Below the pieces are notes generated by a model that was not told the origin of the DNA, did no database searches, and saw nothing but the letters and a program-made list of their open reading frames with translations. Positions 11,000 to 23,671 of a DNA stretch of 64,000 bases are shown here, one piece after another. This DNA is from Cladosporium halotolerans (Eukaryota). The stretch lies in assembly GCF_011745625.1 (NCBI RefSeq), contig NW_027191452.1:682001-746000 (forward strand), given 5' to 3'. The translations under genes were made by a program, and so were the position numbers. Each line of letters opens with the position of its first letter. Positions within the stretch are counted from its first letter, which is position 1.

Positions 11000-13900
11000 A
11001 TGTTCAAAGTCCCCGACTCAGACGATCTGCCTAGCACACCACCTCGCGACCAGCTGCTCTTCAGCAACCATCCCAAAAGCACGACGCCTTCTCATGAACC
11101 ACCCACATACCTAACAAACGTCTCGACCACACCTCTCGGTCCTCCGCCCCGGTCCGTCTATGGAAGCTCATTCAACGGCGCCAATGACACGTTCCTACGC
11201 AGCAGGGGAACACCTCTGAGGGGCTTCGCGCTGCCGCAGAGCAGCCCTCCGCAAGAAGAAGACGAGGATGCGGAGGGCGAAGAGGATGAAGTGACCGCAC
11301 CCAGCTATGCGCCTCGGGTAGCATTGAGCTCGATGTTGAACAGCCCACGCGGTTTCAAGAGGAGTCGGAGCGGCAAGGTGCAGCCACGGCATGATAGTGA
11401 CATGCCCATCATTGCGCGGGACTTAGCAAAACAATCTGGCTCGGCGCATTTGGACGAGCCTGATGATTTTGTCCTCCGCAGCGAGGACATCGTGGCTACC
11501 TTGGATGGCAAAGCGCGAAACCAACCAATCGCCGAGCTGGACGCTGCGCTTTCCAATTCATCTGCTCAATTAACGTCCCTTTGGAGCCAATTGGCACCTC
11601 CATCGACCGACGAAGGTTCCATCGGACCAGCTGAGGAAGACCCGATTGCACAAGCTTCTTATGTGGCTTCTTTCTTGCTGCAGGTCCATCACCCTCACAC
11701 TGCTAAGCCTGTGCAGCCCGTAGCAAGCGCCCGATTCCCGCGTATTGGACTTGGCCAGCGCGCTCCCACTTCAGCGATACCCTTCCCCAAAGCTCTCCTC
11801 AACTGGTTGAATGCCCACCATAATCCTTACCCGGACGACTACGACGCCATTCTCACGACACAACCGGCTCCCTCTAGCAGTGAAGGCTTCTGGGATATCG
11901 CCTATTCCTTAGCATTGCGCGGAAAATTCGCCCGGCTGATCAGACTCCTGAAAGATGCGCGTTTTGAGCATGCCGTTACCGCGCTCGACGATGGCGCAGC
12001 TCGGCCTGGATATCACGGCAGGCAATTGGAGAGCACCGAAGCTTTGATCGCACATTGCATCAGTGTGCTGGAATTGTGCCCTGCACTTGAACATGAGAAC
12101 TGGGACGTGAAAGGGAACGATTGGGCGATCTTCAGACAGAGTGTCCGCCAGGCGATCAACGAGCTGGAAGAATTCGCCGAAGAAGACGATGACGATGAAG
12201 ATCAAGATATCCCTAGTAACGCCTTTGCGCGGTCTGCCAGAAGTGAGCGCCAACGATCGCTCAACTTTAGCACGGCAAGCAAGCGGGCAGAAAGCAAAAT
12301 TCCCTGGACCATCTACGAGAGCTTGCGCTCGCTCTACGGACAGATGCTTGGATCTACTGACGAGATTGTCCTCGTGTCTCAGGATTGGCTGGAGGCGTGC
12401 GTTTATCTGACGGTTTGGTGGAATGGCGAAGATGATATGGAGCCCGCCGCGAGCGTCTCTCGCGGTGGCTTGCGTAGAAGCACATCGACTAAACAGCGCA
12501 CAAGAGCAGTCGACATAGCGCCCCTCGCTGCCTATCGCAACAAACTCTATGATGCGTACGCCCAGGTTACAAGTAACCCTGAAGACTCGGTCTTTCAGGT
12601 GGACACAATGGATCCGACGCTGGTGGCCCTTGCATCCGTGATGGAAGACAATGTCGAAGGCGTCGTCGCACTTCTGAAGACGTGGAGTTTACCCGTGGCG
12701 GCTTCTGTGGTGGAAATTGGCGCTCTCGGCGCGTGGCTACCACAAGGGCGACCGAGGAGTAGGGGTCTTGTCGAGCAAGGATTCAGCAGCGAAGATCTGA
12801 TGGTGTTGAGCCACGGCCCTTCTTCTCAGAAGCCCGTCAGCGACATCGAGAGGGATGGTATACTACTCCAGTATGCGGATGCTTTATCTGAAAGGGAAGC
12901 GTTCCAGGGCGCTAGCGGAGCCGCCAAAGAAGGATGGGAGCTTGCAGTCTCGGTCCTTGGGCGCTTGGATGATGGTGTTGCTGCACAGCGCAAGATCGGT
13001 GATATGCTCGAAGCCATCGAGCTGAAGGATGACGTGCGTGTCGATAAGGTTCTCGCCCTTTGCAGCGACCTTGGTCTCTCGGAGCAAGCGCGCGCCATTT
13101 CTGAGGTAAGTGATCTGGAGACCGTTTTCATACATCGATTGACTAACGATCGTGCAGCGGTACGCGGACAGCCTGACCGACTCACCCCAAGCGTATGGCG
13201 CAGCATTGATCTTTTACGCTCGAGCCCATATCGCTTCGAAGCTGAAAGACACACTCGCCTTGCTGACCTCACTGTCGCTCGTTCAATCTGCTGCCGTGCC
13301 TTCGACCTCGCAAATGGACCAACAACTCGCGTCGCTCTTGACTAAGGATCGACCAGGATTCGTGCGTCTTGCGCGGTCGGATCCCAAAGCCGCGACTTTG
13401 CTATCCTCCAACTTCAGCGGGTATGCGACACTTCGCAAATTCTACGATCTGCGCGATCAGGACGTGAGCCAATCGCCCTCGAGCAACACATCTCACTTGC
13501 GCCCGCTCGAGCGAAAGCGTGAAGCGGCTAAGGCGCTTATGGCGGTCATCGAAAGCGCAGCGGATTGCATTCGAGGTGGACTCTTCGACCCTGAAGTGGA
13601 GTCTGCAATCCCCGCCGACGCCCTCTTAGTGCTACTAGGAGAAACACTGCCCTTGCTTAGCACAGAGCAGCGCATATTCTCCAAAAATGACGTGTACACG
13701 CTCCTCCGAATCGTTGAAGATTTCTCCACTGCGCCCGCTCGGATACGTGACAGGGCAGAGGATCTCTTCCGAGCAAGTGGCAGTTCGTACCGCGGCGGCG
13801 GCGGAACGGACTCGCTCAAGAAATCCAAGAGCGACTTGAGCACTGGCTCTGGGTCTAGCTATGACATGCTAGCTTCGTCTGTCATGGCGCTTTCGCAGGA

Positions 13901-14051
13901 GCATGGCAAAGCCCAGACTGCTCGGGGATGGGACTGGAGGAAAGGTCTTGACGGGGCTGGTGGTGCAAGTGTGGGTTCTAAAGAGGTACTGGCAGTGCTC
14001 CGTCTTGCGCTTTCTCAGGAAGTAGCCAGGGGGATGACCGGAATATACTGA
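11000..14051 (+). CDS. NUP85: Nucleoporin Nup85-like; intron 13106-13157
   Basis: Long helical protein with FWDIAYSLALRG, DWLEACVYLTVWW, GWELAVSVLGRLD and YGAALIFYARAH, as I recall for Pezizomycotina Nup85. GTAAGT..CTAAC..CAG joins two ORFs. Confidence 0.78.
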
Positions 14052-15621
14052 CGTGGGCCGGCATGATAATGGCTTGGCGCCAAAAGAACCGTCTTTGCAT
14101 GTATTCTAGTCGTCGAGTGGAGCTTTAAAATTCCTACCCTGCTGCAATTTGTTGACGGAAACCCAGAGCGGAGCTCTATTCCCGTGGAAAGGTAGACAGC
14201 AGAGAGCGCGTGTATCTAATATGCCAAACAAAAGGACGACGTCGTTGACTTCTCGATTGTTCTCGATGAGAGCAAGTGAGAGGGCGGCAGAGATCCGCAT
14301 ATCGACAGGTCAAGCTGCAAACCGCGACTCAGAGGATGCTTGGTAGACTCACGTCGTTGTAGACTCGCTAGCGCTCGGGTTGCCGTGCGTTTCATCAAAC
14401 TTGACATGCCTTTTCTGATGGCGTCACGCGTGCCTCGCCAGGGAGGCGCCCGCGCCGTGGCGACACCATGCACCCCACTCCAATGCTTAAACTTTCAATC
14501 ATGCAAAATTAGTGCAGACTGCTGCGGTAGTGAGTGGCTGTCAACGTATCTCATTGACCCTGTATTAAAAGTGCCGGAGTTATCGCCGGCCCCGCTTCAT
14601 CAGTCTTCGTGAAGCTCGCACGGCTCGCACCCTCGCGTCTCCTCTTGTGAAGAAGCAGTCTGAGTCAATCCGCCCCAAAGACCGCCATGCAGAGCTCCTG
14701 ACTGTCCGCAGAAGTGCGTCATTGGGCTGCCGCGCAAGCTTGATGCATTCCTCTTGGTTCGGGCCTCTCTAATCACCTCTCCCCCTCACCCGCCTGCTGT
14801 CAGAACCATCGATGCAATAGTCCGGCACCCTCTTGGTGCACAATGGTAATGTCGACACGTCGACATGTAGTTTCTATGCATCTCACCGCCAGATCTCAGT
14901 GGCATCCACGCCATAACTGCAGGCTCTTTCGCCAGTTTTGTCTGCAGCACTAGGGCTGGATGGCCCAATTTTGGCCACGTGAGACGAACGCGGCGGCGCG
15001 ACATGTTCAACCTCCCGGAAAGCCACATTGACATCTCGCTACCAGCATAACCTCTGTCCTTGACAGCTGGCGGCGCAGAGTGGATGTGCTGGAGCTTCTG
15101 CAGGCTCCGCGCATACTGGAAGTGGCCGTGCCGCCTATTAATGCCACTTAGTCCCGGCCGTCAGGTTGCGCCAGGGTAGTCGCAGCTCAACATTGACTTG
15201 ATATTAGTACCAACTATAACTGGCCGGATTGCCGGACTGGGCAATGAGTCCACTAACTGGTTCGATGCTCTCATCAGCCAATGGTTGGATGACCGCCGCT
15301 GACCTGCATGAGTTGGGTAGGGCGGACCTGTTGCACTGACTACAAATTCACAATGGCATCCCAAAATCCAAACAGCTGTGCTACCACATCGACTTTCCAG
15401 TCACTTCTACACGTCTACAATTCCACAGTCCCGTTATTCGTGGCCGAGTTGGACAAATCAGCCATCGACTTCCGACTCCGAACGCCCCGTTCCACGACCG
15501 AAGTGACTATTCATTTCCGGCAGCTGGCTGCTATCACTCGAGGCTTTGGGAACTCATAAAAGGCCGTTGTCTGCTGCGCTTCACATCGAATCCTACATCG
15601 CTTCCTCCAGCATCAGTCACG

Positions 15622-17098
15622 ATGAGGCCTTTCCTCCAGAATTTCCTCCGAAGCAATACATTTGCATTGTCCAGGCCATTCTCTACAGGCCCGGCAGTCC
15701 AACGCTACACCTTTGAACCATTTGGGCCAGAGGAGACACCTTACTGGCAGAGGCTAAAACCCTGGCAGGATGTGACACATGAACAATTTCTCAGTCACGA
15801 GTGGCAGGTGAGGGAATTCAATTCTCGCTGAGTGGTCGTGCATTGCTGAACCTACCACCAAGGTAAATAAAACACCGAAAGGACCGGAAAAGCTACTCGA
15901 TTTCTTGGAACAGATCGTTCCAGCTAAGATTACGGACAGTCGTCCAGGATGTCGAGAGCCTATTGCCACCCGAAAGGCTTTTCTCCTTGACATTCAAGAG
16001 GGGATTAAAGCGGCACCGATGGCGGTTCGACTTACGCCACACCTCCTGAGCATTGCGAATTGGGAATCGCCTTTTGACGATCCAATCGTCCGCCAGTTCA
16101 TTCCTCTCAAATCGAACCTTGTTCCGGACCATCCGATGGCGACTTTCGACTCCCTTGACGAAAAGAAGTACTCGCCAGTAATCGATCTGGTCCATCGCTA
16201 TCCAGACAGGGTGCTGTTTCTAGGTCGGTTCCCTGCAAATGTTTTGTAGTAAGTTACTTCTAACTCCGATTTTGCAGCTACTGGAACCTGCCCGTCATAT
16301 TGTCGATTTTGTACCCGTTCGTATGCCATCGGAGCTTCGACGGAAACCGTTCAGAAGACGCTCCCTCGACCGGGAAGGGCAAAGTGGACCACCATGCTCA
16401 ACTACGTTGAGGAAACTCCGGTAGTCAGAGATGTTGTGGTCTCAGGGGGCGACTCCTACACTCTTCATCCAGAACACATGACCTTTATTGGAGACCGCTT
16501 GTTGGGAATGGATCACATGAAATGCTTCCGCATCGCAGCGCGAGGTCTGTCGTTCTGTCCCATGAGGATCATCGACCCGAGCGATTCATGGAGCGAAAGC
16601 CTCATCGACCTCAGCGATCGCGGGCGTCAGTCGGACAAGGGAGTAGTCCTACACACTCACTTCAACCACCCCGCCGAAATCAATTGGGTGACGAGACGAG
16701 CTATGCGATATCTCTTCCGCCGTGGCGTGACCGTACGAAATCAGACTGTGCTACTGCGAGGGGTCAATGACAATGTCGAAACCATGTCCACCTTGATCCG
16801 ATCACTGGCCGATCTCCATGTCAAGCCTTACTATGTGTACCAAATGGACATGGTCAAGGGCGTGGAAGATCTGCGCACACCGCTTTCAACAGTCCTGGAA
16901 CTCGAGAGCCAAATCACAGGGACCATTACAGGCTTCGACTTGCCCAAGTTCGTGGTGGATCTTCCAGGAGGCGGAGGCAAAAGACCTGCTTCGACTTATG
17001 ATACGTATGATAAAGAGACGGGAGTGAGCACGTTCCGAGCACCTGGGATTGCCGGTGACCGGGTCTTCACCTACTACGATCCTTTGCCGAACGCTTGA
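15622..17098 (+). CDS. kamA: Radical SAM lysine 2,3-aminomutase (KamA family); introns 15808-15862 and 16224-16277
   Basis: HRYPDRVLFL|ATGTCPSYCRFCTR (CxxxCxxC), VVVSGGD, HTHFNHP, NQTVLLRGVND, PYYVYQMD and FVVDLPGGGGK (PLP lysine). Confidence 0.92.
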
Positions 17099-18358
17099 TG
17101 AGGCGTTGTCTGTGGCCTGCAGAGCAGTGGCGGCACCATGGCGCCACCACCATGAGCCACCCTCGCGGGACCGGTGTATTTGTCCGCCATGGTGCGTCAC
17201 CCAAGCGAGTATGAGCTCGCTTGTGGCTTGCAGGACTCTGCCGTACTGGTGCATGCCGGACAATTGGAATCCGACAGAACGACAAGTGTGACTGCCTCAG
17301 TACACTTCAAGGACAATCAATATGCGAAACACGGCTCCTCTACCAATTAGTATAGCTTAGCTGACAATATATCATTGACGATTGATGAAAAGTCCACCTC
17401 CACCATCCCGCTTTCTCCACTGGCGGGCAGCTGAACCGCAAACCGTGGCAGGACTCGTGGGGACGACATCTTGTGGGGCGTAATCGCACGCGAGGAACTC
17501 AAAATCTGTCCTGAACGGGTGAGTAATCGTCTTACTTCCTGCGCGAGAGGATATAAACGCAGTCAGCCCATGACCGAAAGCAGTAAATGCACGGCCAAGG
17601 TGTCTAACATTAGCAGACGACGGCGATCGAGAAATCAATGAGCATCTGCGAATATGCAACGCCGTAGATACGACCCTGAGAAATGTGGACGCCGCCAATC
17701 GGTCCACAGAAGGGCCGGTGGCAGTCGCTTGGGAGGACAAGTCGACATGCCCTCATGCACGGCTCTCTTTCCACGTCTCTTTAGCGAAGGCCAACTCCCC
17801 GTCACCCTTCCGTCATCCCCGAGCGCCACAAATAACGCTCTCTGGCCATCCAAGGGTTGAGGAGCGGTCGAGAACATCGCGGACCCCTATGTAGGACAAG
17901 TTTTCTAGTAATTTCTACGATCCAACGAAGGCCCGAGATTTGCTAGACGGAAGATCACAGAATGCTAGCGATTCAGATGTAAAGAGGTGCGACTTTCGAG
18001 CTGAACTGCTGTTTTTAGGCAGGATTCTGTCGAGCTCGACATCGTCCCACGCTGAAGAGGTCCTCGAATTCGAGATCACGTGACCAGGGTGTCGGCGATG
18101 TTTAGTTTTGGCTGTGGGAGGATCTACCTTAACATAACCATGCATCAAAATCTTGAAATGGAGAAGAACTTACAAAGACACACGTTATTTGTAAACAAAT
18201 CAAATTTGTAAAGTTATCGCTGGAAAAGCATCGCTTGCATGTACTTGGTCTATTGTCACTGCAAAAGTGAGCGAGGAGTGACCCTTCACGATGAAATCTT
18301 CCTCAAGAGATCCCTGGTCGATCTCGCGCTTGCAATGAAACTCATGTATGCCCTTCGC

Positions 18359-18700
18359 TTATCGCTTTGCACTCAGAATGACCAGATCGTCGAAATCCTT
18401 TGACCCAACCAGTTTACCCAGGACGACTTTCCATGGAACTGTGACACCAGCGACATTGGACTCGTAATTCGGCATGCCTGCCCATTGGGACTTCTGAGAT
18501 TCTGTCATAAGGTCGCGCTCATAGATTTCGACGCTAAGCGAGCCGCGAGCGAGTGGCTTAGACGTGCGCTGGAGATTGGTGTGTTTCTGAAGAATGCCCT
18601 CGAGCTCGGGGACAGTCATGACAGCGAGGCCATCGGGCACGATCGACTTCGAGACGTCGTGATGGTGGTGATAGACCAGGACCCTGTTGCTTGGAGCCAT
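18359..18700 (-). CDS. Hypothetical 113-aa protein
   Basis: Intronless ATG-TAA ORF with globular-looking composition and a TATA-like TATATCAAAA just upstream. No family recognised. Confidence 0.6.
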   Translation of the reverse strand: MAPSNRVLVYHHHHDVSKSIVPDGLAVMTVPELEGILQKHTNLQRTSKPLARGSLSVEIYERDLMTESQKSQWAGMPNYESNVAGVTVPWKVVLGKLVGSKDFDDLVILSAKR

Positions 18701-19195
18701 GCTACGGGACTTTTTTGATATAGAGAATCAGTGTCTGGGTGTAAGATGGCTGTGATGAGTCGAGCGCAAAATAACGTTTGCGTTTGCGCCGCCAATTGAA
18801 GGTCAGTCGCTGGCAATCAGACAAAGACGCCGCCTTCACTGGCGTTGTCAACCGGATTTGTTCGCGAGTCTCCTTTCACTAAGGGATTTTGTTCGCGTTC
18901 TCGACGCCGAAGCCAACAAAGGAATGAAAGTGCGGCTCAGCGCAAGCTCAACCTGCATTCAGAACGTGCGGTCTTTTCGCGGATTCGCATTGAGTACAGC
19001 GCAATACAGATTGCCAATGGGTATCTTACAATCTCATGCATTTCGCTCGACCCCTCACTCTCTAGATATTCCATTGTTCCAAGCGAAAACTCGTTCAAGC
19101 TGGGGGCTCGAGCTTGAGACTTGAGCAGGGCTAATCACAGATTCTTCACATCCGCCTTGCGAAAGTCTGAGAGCATCGCTGAAAAGGTGTCTTCT

Positions 19196-20664
19196 TCACC
19201 TTCTGCGTTCGTATCTCTCGCGGCTACGGCGCCGCTCTGGGCTCCTACGTTTGTGATAGTCACGGTCATCATCTCTACGCCGCGACCCCTCGTACCTGTC
19301 TCTGCCATCCCTGTCCCTGTCGTATCTCTCGTGTCTGCCTTTATCCCGATCCCTTCTGGGAGGGCTTCTGCTACGGGGCTTTCCTCGGGAGTCTGCATTC
19401 TCTGATCGCCTCTGGCGTTCGGACTTGTCGAAGACATAGTCGTACCTGTCGCCACGACTACGCCCACCTTCTTCTCCGCGATATTGCCTCCTGCGCTCCA
19501 AGCTGTCGATGCCTCCGAAGCCCCCTCTGCTACGGGCAGTGTCGCTTTTGGCCCCCTGGCGCCAATCTGCAGACAGCTTTGAAACACTCTGTGAAAAGTC
19601 GACGTGGATGCGGTGATCGTCGATCAAGACGCCCTGCATCTTGAAGTAGGCACGCTCGCAGTCTTCCTTGGACCCGAACTCGATGAAAGCATACTGCAGA
19701 CTGTCGCCCGTGGTTTTGTCGCGGATTACTTCGCAGGATAAAATCTTTCCAAAGCGGGAGAAGATGAGTTCCAAATCTTCGTCTCTGGTCACGGGGTTCA
19801 GCTTGCAGACGAACAAAATTTGCTCTGGGGGTGTGATGTCTGCTGAGGGTAGGTCGCCAATGAGCTCGAGGGTGAGGGCTTGTGCACGAGCTTCCCGCTC
19901 TCGTCGGACCTTTTCGAGCTTCTCGGGGTCTGTGTTTTCTTCCAGAACTTCGTCGTGAGCTATGCGTACAGTGGCTCGCTGCTCGGTGGATGGCAAAGGA
20001 CTCGAAGGGGGCTCGACAAGACCTTCTGGGTCATCGTAGGGGTCATCTAAGACCACGGTGTGCAGAATCCGAATGTCCTGGAGCGGTCGGCCAGAATGGT
20101 CTGTGAACGTAGCGTTGATCTTTTCGAGAGCATGGAAGCCCTCGACCACTTCGCCGAAGATAGCAGCCTTGCCATCAAGATCCTCAATCTTCTCGCCGAG
20201 AGTAATAATAAACTGGCTGCTGGCAAGCCGATCGTCCGGGTTCGTCTTGCTTACAGTGGTCGCCATACTGACAGTACCGCGCTCCGAGTGCTTTCGATGT
20301 TTTGAGATCTCTGGTCTGAAGGTCATCCGTTCGGGTCTGCGTGTGCGTTTCGTGACGCCATCTGGCAATCCCCATATCGAAGAGCCTCCATCGCTGCCTT
20401 TGGCCTCGGGGCCTATGGGATCACCAGACTGGAAAGAGAAGTTTGGCTGGATATTATACACGGGAGAATAGTTGTAGTACTTGATCTTGCAAAGCTTCAG
20501 AAAACTGATGCTAGTTAGTGAATTGCCAAACCGTGCTTGGAGGGCGCGTGGAGCTACCATCAAAGGGAATGAAACTTGACTTACTTTTCGCAGCATTTGG
20601 GAGCATCCTTGACGAACAGGTCGATCGTGATATCGCCTGCCGATGTCTCGAGTAGCACTGACAT
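19196..20664 (-). CDS. cyp6: Cyclophilin-RRM peptidyl-prolyl isomerase (PPIL4/Cyp6/Rct1); intron 20505-20584
   Basis: [35 protein letters not shown] with [10 protein letters not shown] and [13 protein letters not shown]-rich tail. Confidence 0.93.
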
Positions 20665-21174
20665 TTTGCACCAAGATGGTAATCAGCCGTCGCAGACATA
20701 CACAGCGCGACGAAGTTGGGCGTCGATCTTGCGCGAAAGCTCCAGCCGTGCGACGCCACGATCTGGTTGCCTGAGGCATCGAATGTTCCAAGACCCCTCC
20801 GGATCTCGTAAGGTACCTACCTACTGCCTTGTGACACGAGGACAACAGCGCGTTGCGCTCTCGGCACGCTTGTTCCAAGAAGAAAACAGGGTGGAGCGTG
20901 TGATCTTACGGAGCACGAGCCGAACGCCTCAAATAATTATATACAAAGTATGCACCCTCTTAGCTCTGCTGGACGAAACCAAGGCAGTCGTGACGCAGCT
21001 GGATGATCTCCAAGCCAAGATGGTGGTCGCCAGCTCAGCGTCTCCACTTCCTTCCAAGGTTCCAAGTTGCTTGTCTATATCTTGTCTGTAGTTGCGCCAT
21101 ATATGGTTCTCGTCACTACTGTCTTTTACGAACAAAACAACCACCGGTCATAACAGTTAAGCCTGGGCATCACG

Positions 21175-22764
21175 ATGAAGAATTTCTTGAACAAGGCCAA
21201 AGCTGCCTTCTCAGATGACCATTTCCCCGGCCAGCATCAACAGCAGCCTATAGCAAATCAGCCAGACCGGCCTTCATCTATCCAGCCTCCGACCCCGGCG
21301 GACGTGGATCGCTACCGTTATCATCATGGCACCAACATTGGCTCTGTCTTTGCCATCGAGCGTTGGCTCACCAACAGCAGGTTCCCTGATGGCGCCGAGG
21401 GCTCTTCCGAGAAAGCCGCAGCTGAGGCGTGGGTCAAACGGGAGGGCGTCGATGCCACGAGGGATCGTTTCGAGAAAGCATGGCAGGAGTACGTCAGTGA
21501 CCAGGACTTGGACTGGCTTCGAGACGTAGCGAAGTGCACTTCGGTCCGCCTGCCAATCGGCTACTGGGATCTAGGGCCGCAATTCTGTGAGGGCACCGCC
21601 TTCAAAAAGCTCAGTGGGGTTTATCAGAATGCCTGGCACTTCGTCCAGGCTCTTGTTGCTCGATGCTCGGCCCGCGGAATTGGTGTTTTGATTGACGTTC
21701 ACGGCTTACCCGGTGGCGCCAACCCGCAGGAGCACTCAGGCACGAACAGCGGCAAAACAGAATTCTGGGATTCGCGCAGCAATCGAGCGCTGGGCACAAA
21801 AGCAATCGCGTTCATCGCACAGCAGGCGAAAACCATGGCTGGTGTGCTTGGTATCCAGATCGTCAACGAAGCCGAGTATGACGCGCCCAACATGTATGAA
21901 TGGTACGACGAAGTCATTGGAGAAATCTCCCGCATCGATCCTACAATGCCTATTTACGTCTCTGACGGGTGGAATCTCAACCGCTGTGCCGACTGGTCAT
22001 TGAACCCTAACAGCCTCAAGTACCAGACACTGAATCCAGTCGTTGTTGACACTCACTATTATTGGGCTTTTACCGATGATGACAAGAAGAAGACTCCGCA
22101 GCAGATCACCGATGAAGTCCATGGCAAGCTCGGCGAGCTTGATGGTAAGGATGGCAGTATCGTCGACAGAGGCGCCGTGCAGGCCATCGTCGGTGAGTAT
22201 TCCTGTGTCCTGACTGAGGACTCCTGGGCCAAAAGCGGCGGCGCCTCCAAAGATGATCTGGTTCGCGGATTTGGCAATGCACAATCTCAGAGATACCAGA
22301 GCCGCTCAGGGGGCAGCTTCTTCTGGACCTACCGAATGGACTGGATGGATGGCGGCGAATGGGGCTTCAAACAGATGACGAACGCGCACGCTATCACTCC
22401 GCCTCATGGCCTTACCCTCAACAAAGGTGATATCACTCAACGTATCGAGAATGCGAAGGGCCAGCAACTGCAGAAGCGTGGCGAGACGTTCGGCCAGCAT
22501 TGTCAGTGGTGGGACACCAACCATCCTGGTCACTATGAGCATTGGCGCTTCGAGGCTGGCTGGGACGTTGGTTTCACTGATGCCATGCATTTCTTCGGCA
22601 TGCGTTCGCAACGCGGCTTCGAAGGTGGTGACAAGATCGGTATGGTTGAGCTTTGGATTTTGAAGCGCATTCGTGAGAGCGGGCAAGGTGGCGGCTTCGT
22701 ATGGGAGTACGAGCAGGGCATGAGGCAAGGCATCCGGGACTTTTACCAGCTGGCAGGCATTTGA
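21175..22764 (+). CDS. Glycoside hydrolase family 5 (glucan 1,3-beta-glucosidase-like), no signal peptide
   Basis: RLPIGYW, DVHGLPGGAN, IVNEA (acid/base Glu), VDTHYY, VGEYS (nucleophile Glu) and FFWTY. Confidence 0.9.
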   Translation: MKNFLNKAKAAFSDDHFPGQHQQQPIANQPDRPSSIQPPTPADVDRYRYHHGTNIGSVFAIERWLTNSRFPDGAEGSSEKAAAEAWVKREGVDATRDRFEKAWQEYVSDQDLDWLRDVAKCTSVRLPIGYWDLGPQFCEGTAFKKLSGVYQNAWHFVQALVARCSARGIGVLIDVHGLPGGANPQEHSGTNSGKTEFWDSRSNRALGTKAIAFIAQQAKTMAGVLGIQIVNEAEYDAPNMYEWYDEVIGEISRIDPTMPIYVSDGWNLNRCADWSLNPNSLKYQTLNPVVVDTHYYWAFTDDDKKKTPQQITDEVHGKLGELDGKDGSIVDRGAVQAIVGEYSCVLTEDSWAKSGGASKDDLVRGFGNAQSQRYQSRSGGSFFWTYRMDWMDGGEWGFKQMTNAHAITPPHGLTLNKGDITQRIENAKGQQLQKRGETFGQHCQWWDTNHPGHYEHWRFEAGWDVGFTDAMHFFGMRSQRGFEGGDKIGMVELWILKRIRESGQGGGFVWEYEQGMRQGIRDFYQLAGI

Positions 22765-23671
22765 GATTCTACTGCTAACTACAGAGTGGGTTTGATGAGA
22801 CATGAGGGTACTGTTGGTTGGAAGATTATTTTGTGATGCGCGCGTAAATATCCTGCTGGACGCAGCACGGCTCGCACATTACCATCATTAGATAGTTCCA
22901 CCTGGCCAGTTCAAAAGTTCCTGCCTATGTGCCAATCATGCTTCTCTCAGAGCGCCCGAACTTGCTGGGTCCTGTGGCCAAGGCCAGTGAGCACATACCT
23001 GGTGCTGGCGGCGTTGGTCAGCGCTCACGCCTCCCGCGCAACAGGGGCGATGGTGTCCATCAAATAAGACTCGCGGGTTGTGTCAGCCCGCCTGTCTGGG
23101 TAGTTGGATAAGTAAATGCTGTATAGCATGACGGCGACGAATGCCCAGCACGCGAAGTACAAAAATAAATACAGTCGGCGCGGGTAGTCGGGCGATGTCT
23201 CGCCGTTGTGCTGTCTGGACGAATCAGGGCTCGCGGTCTACGCGGCGTCACAGCCTTGTTGCTGTTGCCAGCGCTCTGGGGAAGCGACCACGGCGACACA
23301 CCACCAGCCGCTGACTCTTGACTCTCGACCGCGGCGCCCACTCCTCCGACGCCCGCGACTTCATTTCCACCTTCACTAGGGTGTTCGCCCGACACTGGAC
23401 GTTCGACCATTTTCACTTGCGGCCGCCATCCTGAGACTGCCGCCCAGCCCCGCGGCCTGCGACCTCCAGGGACATCCGGCGGCGCCTCTTCCCTAGCTCA
23501 CGGCACCCGTCGACACCTCCCAGCGCTTCACTGTTTGGCTCGAGTACACGACACCGCGATCGCTCGATCGGCGCTCTGGGCAAAGGCAAGGTGCATCTTC
23601 GCAAGGCACAGCCTGACGCCGCAACACAACGCCTGCTCGTGAGCGCGTCGCTCAGAGCAATCGCAGCCAGT

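Noticed and set aside
14850..14867. Inverted repeat ATGTCGAC-AC-GTCGACAT
   Set aside because: A single 8-bp inverted repeat is expected by chance in 64 kb.
17140..17200. HDV-like ribozyme or SECIS in the kamA 3' element (CCCTCGCGG resembles HDV L3; TGA TGA stop)
   Set aside because: P3, P1 and P1.1 pairings could not be built. No SECIS core geometry is present, and readthrough meets another stop at once.
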